Assembly: GCA_043809245.1 (NCBI GenBank)
Contig: JAZDDZ010000004.1
Span: 1-57,723 of the forward strand
Length of the DNA stretch: 57,723 nucleotides
Reading direction: 5' to 3'
From: Candidatus Iainarchaeum sp.
GTDB taxonomy: Archaea; Iainarchaeota; Iainarchaeia; Iainarchaeales; JAZDDZ01
Below the pieces are notes generated by a model. It made no database searches. It worked only from the letters and a program-made list of their open reading frames with translations, and was not told the DNA's origin. Every line of letters begins with the position of its first letter. Positions within the stretch are counted from its first letter, which is position 1. The translations under genes were made by a program, and so were the position numbers. This document shows, piece after piece, positions 9,231 through 17,523 of the stretch.

Positions 9231-9836
9231 TCATTTCGTTTTTCTTCCTATTGCGCGCAGCCTTGGCCTTGTTCTTTCCGCGCCCTTGCCTTTTCTTCGC
9301 AGTCCGCGGCTTTTTTTCTGCGCTGAGGTCAGGCCTCTTTCGCCCCTGCCCCTGTGCTGTTTTTCGCAAATCCAGCCAATGTCCTTGTCTGACTTGATTG
9401 CGGGGTGCATTGGGTCAACTAAAATGACTTCAAAGTATTTTTTTCTTCCGTCTTCGCCTACAAAATAAGAATTCAAAACCTCCATGTTTTCATAGGCCTT
9501 GCTTGCCTTTTTTTCAGCCATTGACTGAATGGAGATTTTTCTAGTGAGCTTTCTTACACCCATTCTTTTCGGCCTGCGGGCATTCCAGGGCCTTTCATGC
9601 ATTCCGGAGCCCTTTCTCACGCGAACCCTGACAACAACAAAGCCCTGCTTTGCCTTGTAACCCAAAGAGCGCGCCCTCGCAATATTCAAGGGCTTTTCCA
9701 CCCTCACAACCGATAAAGGCTCTTTCCTGAACTCAATTAAGCGTTCGCGGTAAATTTTGCCATAATCGTAGTCCGCATTCTCTTCCCCTTTGAATTCGCT
9801 TTCAAAGGCATTCCTTAAATGCTGAGCTAAACCCAT
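9231..9836 (-). CDS. rpl15e: 50S ribosomal protein L15e
   Basis: ARSLGYKAKQG, EVLNSYFV, YFEVILVDP, RGLTSA. Confidence 0.97.
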   Translation of the reverse strand: MGLAQHLRNAFESEFKGEENADYDYGKIYRERLIEFRKEPLSVVRVEKPLNIARARSLGYKAKQGFVVVRVRVRKGSGMHERPWNARRPKRMGVRKLTRKISIQSMAEKKASKAYENMEVLNSYFVGEDGRKKYFEVILVDPMHPAIKSDKDIGWICEKQHRGRGERGLTSAQKKSRGLRRKGKGAERTRPRLRAIGRKTK

Positions 9837-9941
9837 AAAAAAAACCCGTTTTACATTAAATTTCGCTTAAAATAAGCATAAGATTTTTGCATTAGGAAGG
9901 AATTTAAAGGAATATTACAATAAAAAAGAAGCCCTGAACCG

Positions 9942-10241
9942 CTATTGTTTTTTTCTAGACCCTGCTTTTTCCGGCATTTTTCTTCTACGGTGCAAATCGT
10001 TGGTTGGTCCAAAAGCCACCCCGCCTGGCCCAGCACCTTTCCTAGCCTGCATAGCATCAGCCAGCATTTTCTTTTTTACAGGTCTTTTCAAAACCCTGCG
10101 CTCAATGCCCATTGCTGCCCTACCACTCGCACCCTCTCGCCCTCCAACAATGTAATGCACTCTGGGCTTTTTTTGTGTTCCTGTTTGAGTGGTAAACAGC
10201 CGATATCTTACTTTTCCAGATCTTCTTCCTTTTGGCAGCAT
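9942..10241 (-). CDS. Orphan basic protein
   Basis: 99-aa K/R-rich ORF filling the intergenic space. Confidence 0.5.
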   Translation of the reverse strand: MLPKGRRSGKVRYRLFTTQTGTQKKPRVHYIVGGREGASGRAAMGIERRVLKRPVKKKMLADAMQARKGAGPGGVAFGPTNDLHRRRKMPEKAGSRKKQ

Positions 10242-10302
10242 TATTTAGGGAAGAAACAAACAGTATAAAATGCTTTGCAGGAGAAATCTTTCGGTTTTAA
10301 AC

Positions 10303-11235
10303 ATGAGCAAATGCGTTAAATGCGCAAAGCAGGCAAAAATCTCTTTGGCTTACGGCCCGCACAGGTTTTGCGCGGAGCACTTCAATGAGTTCTTTGAAAA
10401 ACGAGTTTTCAAAACCGTTAGGGAAAACAAATTGCTGGGCAACGCGGAAAAATGCGCTGTGGGCTTAAGCGGAGGCAAGGACAGCACTGCAGCGCTTTTT
10501 TTGCTGCAAAAGCTTTTCGCAAAAACCAATCCAATTGAAGCGGTAATGGTGGATGAAGGAATCAAAGGCTACAGGGACAAGGCGCTTAAAATAGCCAAAA
10601 AGAATTGCGAAGAATGGCGGATTCCATTCACTGTGGTGGACATGAAAAAAGAACTGGGCTATTCAATGACAGACGTGTTCAAAAAAATTTCAAAAAACGA
10701 GGAACTGGGCTCAAGCTGTTCTTTTTGCGGGGTGTTCAGGAGAAGGCTTTTGAACAAAGGCGCGCTTGCAATAGGCGCGGATAAAACCGCGACAGGGCAC
10801 AACCTTGATGATGAAGCGCAAAGCATTGTGATGAATTTTTTTGAAAGCGATTTAAGGCGCTTAAGCCGGTTGGGGCCGATTGTAAGCGAAAAAAAAAGCA
10901 AAAAACTCGTGCCACGCATCAAGCCATTATACGAGTCGCCTGAAAATGAAATACTCGCTTTCTGCTCTTTCAATGGCTTAAAGCATTACTCCGAGGAATG
11001 CTGCCCTTTCAGCTGGCAGGCAAAACGCAATGAATTCCGTTCAACCGTTGATTCATTTGAGGAAAAGTTTCCCGGAACAAAATTCAAATTACTCGCGTCA
11101 TTCAGGCAGTTAAAGCCCTTGCTTGAAAAAAGCTTTGCGGGAGAAAAATTCAATTACTGCGCAAAATGCGGTGAACCGACAAGCGCAAGGGAATGCAGGA
11201 GCTGCTCTAAATTGGACGCGCTGCTCAAGCATTAA
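10303..11235 (+). CDS. ttuA: tRNA 2-thiolation protein TtuA/NcsA (TIGR00269 type)
   Basis: N-terminal CxxC..CxxH, PP-loop SGGKDS, CSFC, TGHNLDD, CCP, C-terminal Zn finger. Confidence 0.92.
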   Translation: MSKCVKCAKQAKISLAYGPHRFCAEHFNEFFEKRVFKTVRENKLLGNAEKCAVGLSGGKDSTAALFLLQKLFAKTNPIEAVMVDEGIKGYRDKALKIAKKNCEEWRIPFTVVDMKKELGYSMTDVFKKISKNEELGSSCSFCGVFRRRLLNKGALAIGADKTATGHNLDDEAQSIVMNFFESDLRRLSRLGPIVSEKKSKKLVPRIKPLYESPENEILAFCSFNGLKHYSEECCPFSWQAKRNEFRSTVDSFEEKFPGTKFKLLASFRQLKPLLEKSFAGEKFNYCAKCGEPTSARECRSCSKLDALLKH

Positions 11236-11265
11236 AAAGCTTTCCAAGGAGAAAATTGTTTTACT

Positions 11266-11378
11266 GGGCCCGTGGTCTAGCGGTTAAGGGAAGCGGGGAT
11301 TACTTTCTGCCCGCTCACTCCGTAAATGACACCACCTTGACATGGTGGGAGTCGTCGGTTCGAATCCGGCCGGGCCCA
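11266..11378 (+). tRNA. tRNA-Val(GAC) with 40-nt intron in the D-loop (11286-11325)
   Basis: Acceptor GGGCCCG/CGGGCCC, anticodon arm CCACC-TTGACAT-GGTGG, T-loop TTCGAAT; removing 11286-11325 restores D-arm GTCTAGCGGTTATGAC. Confidence 0.92.
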
Positions 11379-11384
11379 CTACTT

Positions 11385-12872
11385 TTATTTCTTTTTTAGT
11401 TTTTTTAGCGCGCCTGTTTCAGAGGCCTCGTCTATCTTCATCCCGATTTCTTCCGCGAATTTTTTCTCAAAATCAGTTAACTCGGCTATTTTGGCGTCAA
11501 CCGCCTTGATGTGCTCGTCAATTGCTTTCTCGCGCTGCTGCATTTGCTCTGTCCAGTCCTTTTTTGTTTTCTGGAAGGAATCAGTGTTTGCCTTAACGAC
11601 CTTTACAAATTGCACCTTGAATTCGTTCAGTGAATCCATTGCAGTGTTAAGCTTCTCCATTTTTGCCTTTATTTCAACAGGGCTAATCTTAACGGAAACC
11701 TCGTCTATTTCCTTTATTTTTTTGTTCAGTTCCTTTTCCAACTCGTTTTCTTTTGCCAGCTCAATTTTTTCAACTTTTTGCTTGACCTTGTCTACTAGGT
11801 CCTTGTCAATGCTTGACTGCAGTTGAATGACTTTCTCGGTTTCCTCGTCAAGTTCCTTTAATTTTTCCCTCAGCGCCTTTTCAAGCTCGCCTTCCCTCAT
11901 CAGCGCAATGTTCTCCACTTTTTGCTGCGCGTCCTCTACAAGGCCCTCGTTGATTTTTGACTGGAGCTGCAGTGCCTTGTTAATGCGTTCATCGGTTTCG
12001 CTTATTTTCGCGTCAACCGCTTTTAACAGGTCCTCGAGCTTTGACTTGGATTCGATGAGCGAGGCATTGTATTCCGCGACGATTCTTGAACGCGTTTTAT
12101 CCAATTCCACCAGGCGCTTGTTTGCCTCTTCCACGAGCTTTTCATTCATTTTCTGCTCGGTTTTGAATGCTGAAAGCGAGTGTGTTGCCTCGGAATTAAT
12201 TTCCTTTAATTCCTTTATTTTTCCGTCAATCATTGACGTTAGCTCATTTGTCTTTTTTTCAAGCTCTGAGTTGACCTTTGACACAAGCAAATCGCGCTGG
12301 GATTCAAGCAAAACATTTATTTTTTTCACTTCGCCTTTCAGGCCATCTTCGATTTTTTTCTCGATTTCATCTTCGATTTCCTTTTTGAGTCTGCGCATTT
12401 CCTCGAGCTTTGAGTCAACAGTGGTGATTATTCCTTTCTCCCAGAGCCTGGAGAAATCGCTTTCACTTGCCTTTGTCGAGGAGCCGCGGGATGAATCCGT
12501 TGACTGCCTTGTTTTTTCCTCGCGCCCGGAATAACGGCTTTCTTCGGCTTCGCGTTCCTTTTCCGCTCTCGGTTCCCTTGCCCTTGGTTCTTTTGAGAAA
12601 ACAGAGTCATCAAAATCATCAATTGCTTCCCCTGAACCCGCGTTTTTTTCACCGAACAACTGCCTTGCCCTTTCCTCTTCAAGGCCTTTTTCCTCTGCGT
12701 GCTTTTCCCTGAGTTTTTTTACGCCGCCATCCTTTGCCTCCGCAATCAAATCCGTTGCCTCATCGGAATCCACGCCTATCTCGCGCAAATTGGCGACAAT
12801 CTCCTTGTCGGGAATATTCAGGCCCAGGAGCTTTTCAATGGACTCCAAAAGCACTTCCTTTTTGTCAATCAT
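11385..12872 (-). CDS. Large coiled-coil protein
   Basis: ~495 aa, heptad-rich E/K/L; start moved to MIDKK because the longer ORF runs through tRNA-Ala. Confidence 0.8.
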   Translation of the reverse strand: MIDKKEVLLESIEKLLGLNIPDKEIVANLREIGVDSDEATDLIAEAKDGGVKKLREKHAEEKGLEEERARQLFGEKNAGSGEAIDDFDDSVFSKEPRAREPRAEKEREAEESRYSGREEKTRQSTDSSRGSSTKASESDFSRLWEKGIITTVDSKLEEMRRLKKEIEDEIEKKIEDGLKGEVKKINVLLESQRDLLVSKVNSELEKKTNELTSMIDGKIKELKEINSEATHSLSAFKTEQKMNEKLVEEANKRLVELDKTRSRIVAEYNASLIESKSKLEDLLKAVDAKISETDERINKALQLQSKINEGLVEDAQQKVENIALMREGELEKALREKLKELDEETEKVIQLQSSIDKDLVDKVKQKVEKIELAKENELEKELNKKIKEIDEVSVKISPVEIKAKMEKLNTAMDSLNEFKVQFVKVVKANTDSFQKTKKDWTEQMQQREKAIDEHIKAVDAKIAELTDFEKKFAEEIGMKIDEASETGALKKLKKK

Positions 12873-12920
12873 CAGAAATAGTACGCAATTGGATAATTTA
12901 AAACTTTGCAGGTAAAAAAA

Positions 12921-12992
12921 TGGACCCTGCGGGGATCGAACCCGCAACCTCCCGATTGCCAACCGAGCGTTCTGCCATTGAACTAAGGGCCC
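12921..12992 (-). tRNA. tRNA-Ala(GGC)
   Basis: Cloverleaf GGGCCCT...AGGGTCCA with G3:U70 identity pair, anticodon loop TTGGCAA. Confidence 0.96.
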
Positions 12993-13083
12993 GCGCCTGT
13001 ACACAATTAATTTTGGAGAACTAATTTAAAATCAGGGGTTTCCGCAGCCTGTTTGAATGGCTGGGGCCGTCTTTCATCTTAAT

Positions 13084-13302
13084 TTACGGGGATATCAACA
13101 GCACGTTGTCTCCGCGCAGGATTATTTTTCCGTACTTTGTGTAGGGCTTTCCTTCGCGCAATTCTTCCGCGTTTTCAAGCACGATGTTCATGTGGACATC
13201 AAATGCCTTCAAATTTCCGCGGATTGAAACATTGTCCTTTAATTTTACCAAAACGTCTTTTCCAAGTGATTCGTTCAAAAAATCAAACGGCCTGTTGCTC
13301 AT
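13084..13302 (-). CDS. Sm-like archaeal protein (SmAP/Lsm)
   Basis: RP.DFL...LGK.VLVKLK, FDVHMNIVL, RGDNVLLISP. Confidence 0.95.
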   Translation of the reverse strand: MSNRPFDFLNESLGKDVLVKLKDNVSIRGNLKAFDVHMNIVLENAEELREGKPYTKYGKIILRGDNVLLISP

Positions 13303-14162
13303 GCTTCATCCTCTCCTTCCACAGCCTCTCCGCCCAATTCATCCGCTTCCGCGGCTGCAATTGCCGGCTGTTTTTTCTTTCCTTTAAATATTCCGAATAA
13401 TCTGCTTAAAAACCCTGCCTTTTTTTTCTTAACCGCGTCAAGCTGTACTGAAAGGCCGACAAGCTTTGCAGCTGTCTTCTGCAATGCAATTGACGCGGGG
13501 CTGTTTGGCTTTCTGAGAATGACTGGCGCTGCCTTCTGCTGCATGAAGCTCCGTCTAACCTCCTGGTCATAGGGAATCAGGCCGTAAATCGGAAGTTCAA
13601 GCATTTTGATTATGTCCTCGTTTGTTATCTCGCCTTTTTCACCGCGAACAAAGTTAAGCACGGCGCCAATCGGTTTCACTCCCAGGCGCTGTACAACCAT
13701 TTTTGTTTTCAAAACATCGGCAACAGATGGGGGGTCAGGAGCCGTTATCAGCAGCACTTCGTCTGCCGCGCTAATTGCCGCAATCGCGGTTCGCTCAATT
13801 CCAGCTGGGCCGTCCAATAAAATGAAATCAAACTGGTTTGCAATTGATTCAATTACGGATTCAAGCCTTTCCGCGTCAACCCTTCGGTAATTCTCCAAGG
13901 AAAGCCCTGAGGGAATCAGTTTCACTCCCGCCGGGCCGTCGTAAATCGCGTCCTGAACCCCTGCTTCTCCAAGCAAAACATCATGCAATGTGATGGGAGA
14001 ACTCTGCAGGCCGAGCAAAAGCGAAAGGTTTGCCATTGCAATGTCCGCATCAACCAAACAAACTTTCAGGTTTCTTTTTGCAAGCGCGATGCCGACATTT
14101 GCAGTGACAACTGTTTTGCCGACTCCGCCTTTTCCTGAAACAAGCGCTATAACCCTTCCCAT
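13299..14162 (-). CDS. minD: MinD-family ATPase
   Basis: SGKGGVGKT deviant Walker A, DADIAMANL, DGPAG; C-terminal amphipathic GFLSRLFGIF. Confidence 0.93.
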   Translation of the reverse strand: MGRVIALVSGKGGVGKTVVTANVGIALAKRNLKVCLVDADIAMANLSLLLGLQSSPITLHDVLLGEAGVQDAIYDGPAGVKLIPSGLSLENYRRVDAERLESVIESIANQFDFILLDGPAGIERTAIAAISAADEVLLITAPDPPSVADVLKTKMVVQRLGVKPIGAVLNFVRGEKGEITNEDIIKMLELPIYGLIPYDQEVRRSFMQQKAAPVILRKPNSPASIALQKTAAKLVGLSVQLDAVKKKKAGFLSRLFGIFKGKKKQPAIAAAEADELGGEAVEGEDEA

Positions 14163-14237
14163 TTATTCCACCAAAAAAAAATGCCTTTACCTTGCTATAA
14201 TGATTATTGAATAATTTAATAAAAGTATTCGCTTCGC

Positions 14238-14711
14238 TTACAGCGCTTTGGTTTCCTGGCGCTTTAGGAATTGCTCGACTTCTTTTGCCATTACGTTTAA
14301 CTCTGTTCGCGTAAGGTTTTCGCCCGCGCGGATAATGTAAATTTTTTCCCTGAAAGGCAAAAGCATGTACCAGTCCTTTTCCTTTATGAATATTGCCTCG
14401 CTTGAGGGAATCTCGGAGAGAATGTAGTTGAACAAAGCGCTTCCAGTTAAAGCTTCATTTAAGCCCGAGCCATTGCTGGAGACAATCAAGGAACCATTGC
14501 GCGAGGCAATGCAGATGGAGTCAACCAAGTGCTTTTTCTGCAGTTGCTTTACAAGCTTGCCTAGCTCTTTTGCGTTTGTTTCAAAGCTTTTCCTTGCAAG
14601 AGTGTCAAAAAGAATTTTGACCTGCTGTTCCGGCACCTGCGTGTCATCAATGTCCAGAACCTTTTCAGCGAAACGCTTCAACGCCATGCGAATATGTGTT
14701 CCTAAAGGCAT
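14238..14711 (-). CDS. Hypothetical protein, possible roadblock/LC7-like C-terminal domain
   Basis: helix-'VDSICIASRNGSLIVSS'-helix-beta-beta-beta-helix pattern. Confidence 0.55.
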   Translation of the reverse strand: MPLGTHIRMALKRFAEKVLDIDDTQVPEQQVKILFDTLARKSFETNAKELGKLVKQLQKKHLVDSICIASRNGSLIVSSNGSGLNEALTGSALFNYILSEIPSSEAIFIKEKDWYMLLPFREKIYIIRAGENLTRTELNVMAKEVEQFLKRQETKAL

Positions 14712-14737
14712 ATCTCTTGCTCACCAGTTAAAGTTAT

Positions 14738-15235
14738 TCAGCCAAGTTCGTGCAACCCAAGCTTTTTGAAGACCTCGTGCTTGGATTCAACCCTCTTCAC
14801 AATCGTGCTGAGAATGTTTTGCGCAAAGTAAGGTGAATACTCTTGTGTATAGAAACTAATTAAATCCTTCTTAGCGTGGGGCCTGGATAAGGCCATTTTT
14901 TCATGGAAAGCCATTACAAGCTCGGTTTGCTGCTGGGAAAGCGCGACAACATCCATTACCCCGACAGCGGCACCTAACGCGTTGAAAAACTGCTGCAATG
15001 CAGGCGGGCCCTCAACGACCACCCCATACTTTGAGTACTCGTAAACCGCGCCTACAACCGAGCCGTTCCTTAAAATTATCACGCCTTCCTCTAATCCGTC
15101 AAAGCCCTCTATTGTCAAAACAAGGTAGCCTGAAAAGCCCTTGCCCAACAACTCCTCTATTTTTTGCCTTGGCTTGATTGCCTTGATGTTTAACGCCTGT
15201 GAAAGAAGCTGCCCCTGAGGAAAAGAAACACCCAT
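14738..15235 (-). CDS. DUF2226-like protein
   Basis: FP.G, FSGYL.L....G.EEG.I...G..VGA.YE pattern; this family occurs near archaeal minD. Confidence 0.7.
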   Translation of the reverse strand: MGVSFPQGQLLSQALNIKAIKPRQKIEELLGKGFSGYLVLTIEGFDGLEEGVIILRNGSVVGAVYEYSKYGVVVEGPPALQQFFNALGAAVGVMDVVALSQQQTELVMAFHEKMALSRPHAKKDLISFYTQEYSPYFAQNILSTIVKRVESKHEVFKKLGLHELG

Positions 15236-15256
15236 AAATTCACCTGTTGCCCAACC

Positions 15257-15314
15257 AAACCGCGGGTACCCTGCAGGGCACCCCCAGTTTCAGGGTCTTC
15301 CTGACCCCCCTCCT
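15257..15314 (-). repeat. Conserved hairpin element, copy 1
   Basis: AGGAGGGGGGTCAGGA-N8-AAACTGGGGG-TGCCCTGCAGGGTA-CCCGCGGTTT; second copy at 25586-25644. Confidence 0.8.
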
Positions 15315-15348
15315 ACCTGAATTTTGTATCAATCCTTGAATCATCATT

Positions 15349-15822
15349 TCACCTGTTGCCTAATACTATGACTTTATCCGCGTTGTTTTTCAATGCTGCA
15401 GCGCTTGCCTCTTCTGCAAGCAAGACAATCGTGTCCTTGCCGTATCTTTTTGCCTTAACTATTGCTGGAAGGAAATCAGAATCCCTTGTGACAAATGCAA
15501 CAATCTGGATTGAGGGATTGAAGATGACTTCAACTGCTTCCGCAACCATTGAAACATCCACGTCTCCGACTGTTATCACGGTTTCAAAGCCCTGGTTGAC
15601 CACGGCTTCCAATAACTTGTTGGACGCGTACTGGTTTAAGAAAACCTTTCCGATTTTTATCTGCCCGAAATCGCTTAATGCTTTTTTAACCGAGGTTAAG
15701 TCAATGCCCAGCTCTTTGCGCAAAATGTTGGGACCGTCAACGAATACTGCAATGTTTGCCTTTGGCTTTTTGCCCTGTTTTTTGACAACGCTTTCAATGC
15801 CTTCCTTTACTTTTTCAAACAT
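15349..15822 (-). CDS. NYN-domain (PIN-like) protein, TIGR00288 type
   Basis: VFVDGPN, GDVDV, TRDSDFLP, LKNNAD. Confidence 0.9.
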   Translation of the reverse strand: MFEKVKEGIESVVKKQGKKPKANIAVFVDGPNILRKELGIDLTSVKKALSDFGQIKIGKVFLNQYASNKLLEAVVNQGFETVITVGDVDVSMVAEAVEVIFNPSIQIVAFVTRDSDFLPAIVKAKRYGKDTIVLLAEEASAAALKNNADKVIVLGNR

Positions 15823-15951
15823 TCCAAAGCCCCAAAGGTATAGTAATGTATAAAGGAATTCGCTTTAAAAAACTTAATACACTCAAGTAGTTAAACAATT
15901 TTGCTTAAATTAAAGGAATCATGGCTTTAAGGGAATTCGGGGGTGTTTTTT

Positions 15952-16350
15952 TTGGTTGAAGAGGGAGAGAAGAAGTTTGGAACCGCAGGGCACTTAAAGG
16001 AAGGCAGCTATGTATTGATTGAGGGCTGCGTTTGCCAGGTTAAAAGCGTTGAAAAATCAAAGCCAGGCAAGCACGGAGCCGCAAAAGTGCGCATAACCGC
16101 AATAGACGTCTTCTCAAGCCAGAAAAAAAACCTTTTAAAGTCAACAGACGCGGATGTTGAAATCCCCATCATCAAAAAAGGCTCAGGCCAAGTGGTGGCT
16201 GTAATGGGCGACATCGTTCAAGTAATGGACATGATGGACTACAACACGTTTGACTCGCCAAAGCCATCAGACGTTCAAGGCTTAGCCTCTGGAGCTGAAG
16301 TGGAATACATCAAATTCGGCGCGAATGTAAAAATAGTGAGGAAAAAGTAA
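15952..16350 (+). CDS. eif5a: Translation factor aIF5A
   Basis: KSKPGKHGAAK hypusine motif; TTG start after GGGGTG. Confidence 0.96.
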   Translation: MVEEGEKKFGTAGHLKEGSYVLIEGCVCQVKSVEKSKPGKHGAAKVRITAIDVFSSQKKNLLKSTDADVEIPIIKKGSGQVVAVMGDIVQVMDMMDYNTFDSPKPSDVQGLASGAEVEYIKFGANVKIVRKK

Positions 16351-16467
16351 TCATCTTGTTTTCTTCTTCCTTCTGACAAGAAAGTCTATGTCCTCAAAAA
16401 TAGAGGTATGCCTTTTTGGTTTTTGCCCAACAATACGTGGTTTTGCAGGTCTTACCGGTCCAGCCAT
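16351..16467 (-). CDS. Small basic orphan peptide (38 aa), not in the ORF track
   Basis: MAGPVRPAKPRIVGQKPKRHTSIFEDIDFLVRRKKKTR*, preceded by SD AGGTGA and a TTTAAA box. Confidence 0.55.
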   Translation of the reverse strand: MAGPVRPAKPRIVGQKPKRHTSIFEDIDFLVRRKKKTR

Positions 16468-16512
16468 TTCTTTTTCACCTAATACAATTAATGCATCACA
16501 ACTATTTAAAGC

Positions 16513-17003
16513 TTTTCTGGGAAGGCACATTTTTTAAGCCAGTTCACAGTTGTTTGTAATGAATAGCCAAAAGCAGTTCTACAATCTCCTTCTCCATAAA
16601 TGCCGGGTGCACCCCACTAGGTATTTTTGCATTTCTTAGATTATAACGCAACAAATCAGATAAAATCTTTCCGGCTTTGGCGCGGGAAACGCCTGCTTTC
16701 AAAAGACTTTTTGCAAATATCCCAAACTGGCTGTCCCCTTTTTCAGAAGAATTTTTGATTTTACGGTATTCCCAAAATACCCTGTCAGCTTGCGTTTGCG
16801 CCAAAGAATTCCTAATAATTTCCGCAGTAGCAGAAGTATGGGGAAGGGGTTTTGTTTTCTCGCATTTTCTTAAAAACCGCATGGCTTCAATTGGTTTTGG
16901 AGCAACTGTTTTCATAATTCACAAATAGTGCAATTTATTTTAAAGCTTTGCTTGTTTTTCTGGGAAGGCACATTTTTGACGCCAATTCACGGTTATTTGT
17001 AAT
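16513..17003. repeat. 48-bp imperfect direct repeat (16513-16560 and 16956-17003)
   Basis: 43/48 identical: TTTTCTGGGAAGGCACATTTTT...TTTGTAAT. Confidence 0.9.
16544..16915 (-). CDS. Orphan protein
   Basis: 123-aa ORF bracketed by the 48-bp repeat. Confidence 0.6.
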   Translation of the reverse strand: MKTVAPKPIEAMRFLRKCEKTKPLPHTSATAEIIRNSLAQTQADRVFWEYRKIKNSSEKGDSQFGIFAKSLLKAGVSRAKAGKILSDLLRYNLRNAKIPSGVHPAFMEKEIVELLLAIHYKQL

Positions 17004-17019
17004 TGTTACGTGACAGCGC

Positions 17020-17520
17020 TTATGGTTCCCTTTTTTTGCTTTTCGACCTAAGGTCAATTTTTCTACAACTAACAAATGCGCGCTCGATATCCGTTTCATT
17101 CAAAGGCTTGCCCGCATTAAACCTTAATGCGTCAATCAATGCAGCAAGTATTTTCTTCTCTTTTAAAAGAAAATCTAACCCTGTAATTTTTCTATTAGGT
17201 TTTTGCATAGGGGATTTAACGGGTTCCCCTTTTCCCGCAAATCTTTTTTTTAATGCGGTATTCTCATACTTTAAGGAAAGGAAATCATTAACTTGTTTTA
17301 ATTTATTCTCCAGTAAAAATAATTGAAGTTCCCACCTCCCTGCCGTCAGGAGTTTTCGCTTTAGGATATACTTGCTAATCTCAAGTTTAGCAATTGGCTT
17401 AGGCAGTTTTACTTTGTTGCCGCCTGATTTATTTGAGCATTGCGGGAGTCTTTTAATTGGCTTACCTTTTACCATAAACTTTCTAGGAACCAACAAATTA
17501 TTATCTGTTTTTGGAACCAC
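17020..17520 (-). CDS. Orphan basic protein
   Basis: 166-aa K-rich ORF downstream of metG; start uncertain. Confidence 0.55.
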   Translation of the reverse strand: MVPKTDNNLLVPRKFMVKGKPIKRLPQCSNKSGGNKVKLPKPIAKLEISKYILKRKLLTAGRWELQLFLLENKLKQVNDFLSLKYENTALKKRFAGKGEPVKSPMQKPNRKITGLDFLLKEKKILAALIDALRFNAGKPLNETDIERAFVSCRKIDLRSKSKKREP

Positions 17521-17523
17521 ATC

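Noticed and set aside
12873-13004. N-terminal 44 aa of the 539-aa ORF
   Set aside because: Overlaps tRNA-Ala; the true start is more likely ATG 12872
13729-13740. 12-nt complement (GGGGGGTCAGGA) of hairpin element copy 1 inside minD, a possible antisense target
   Set aside because: Encodes the ordinary MinD residues PDPP; one 12-mer match is plausible by chance
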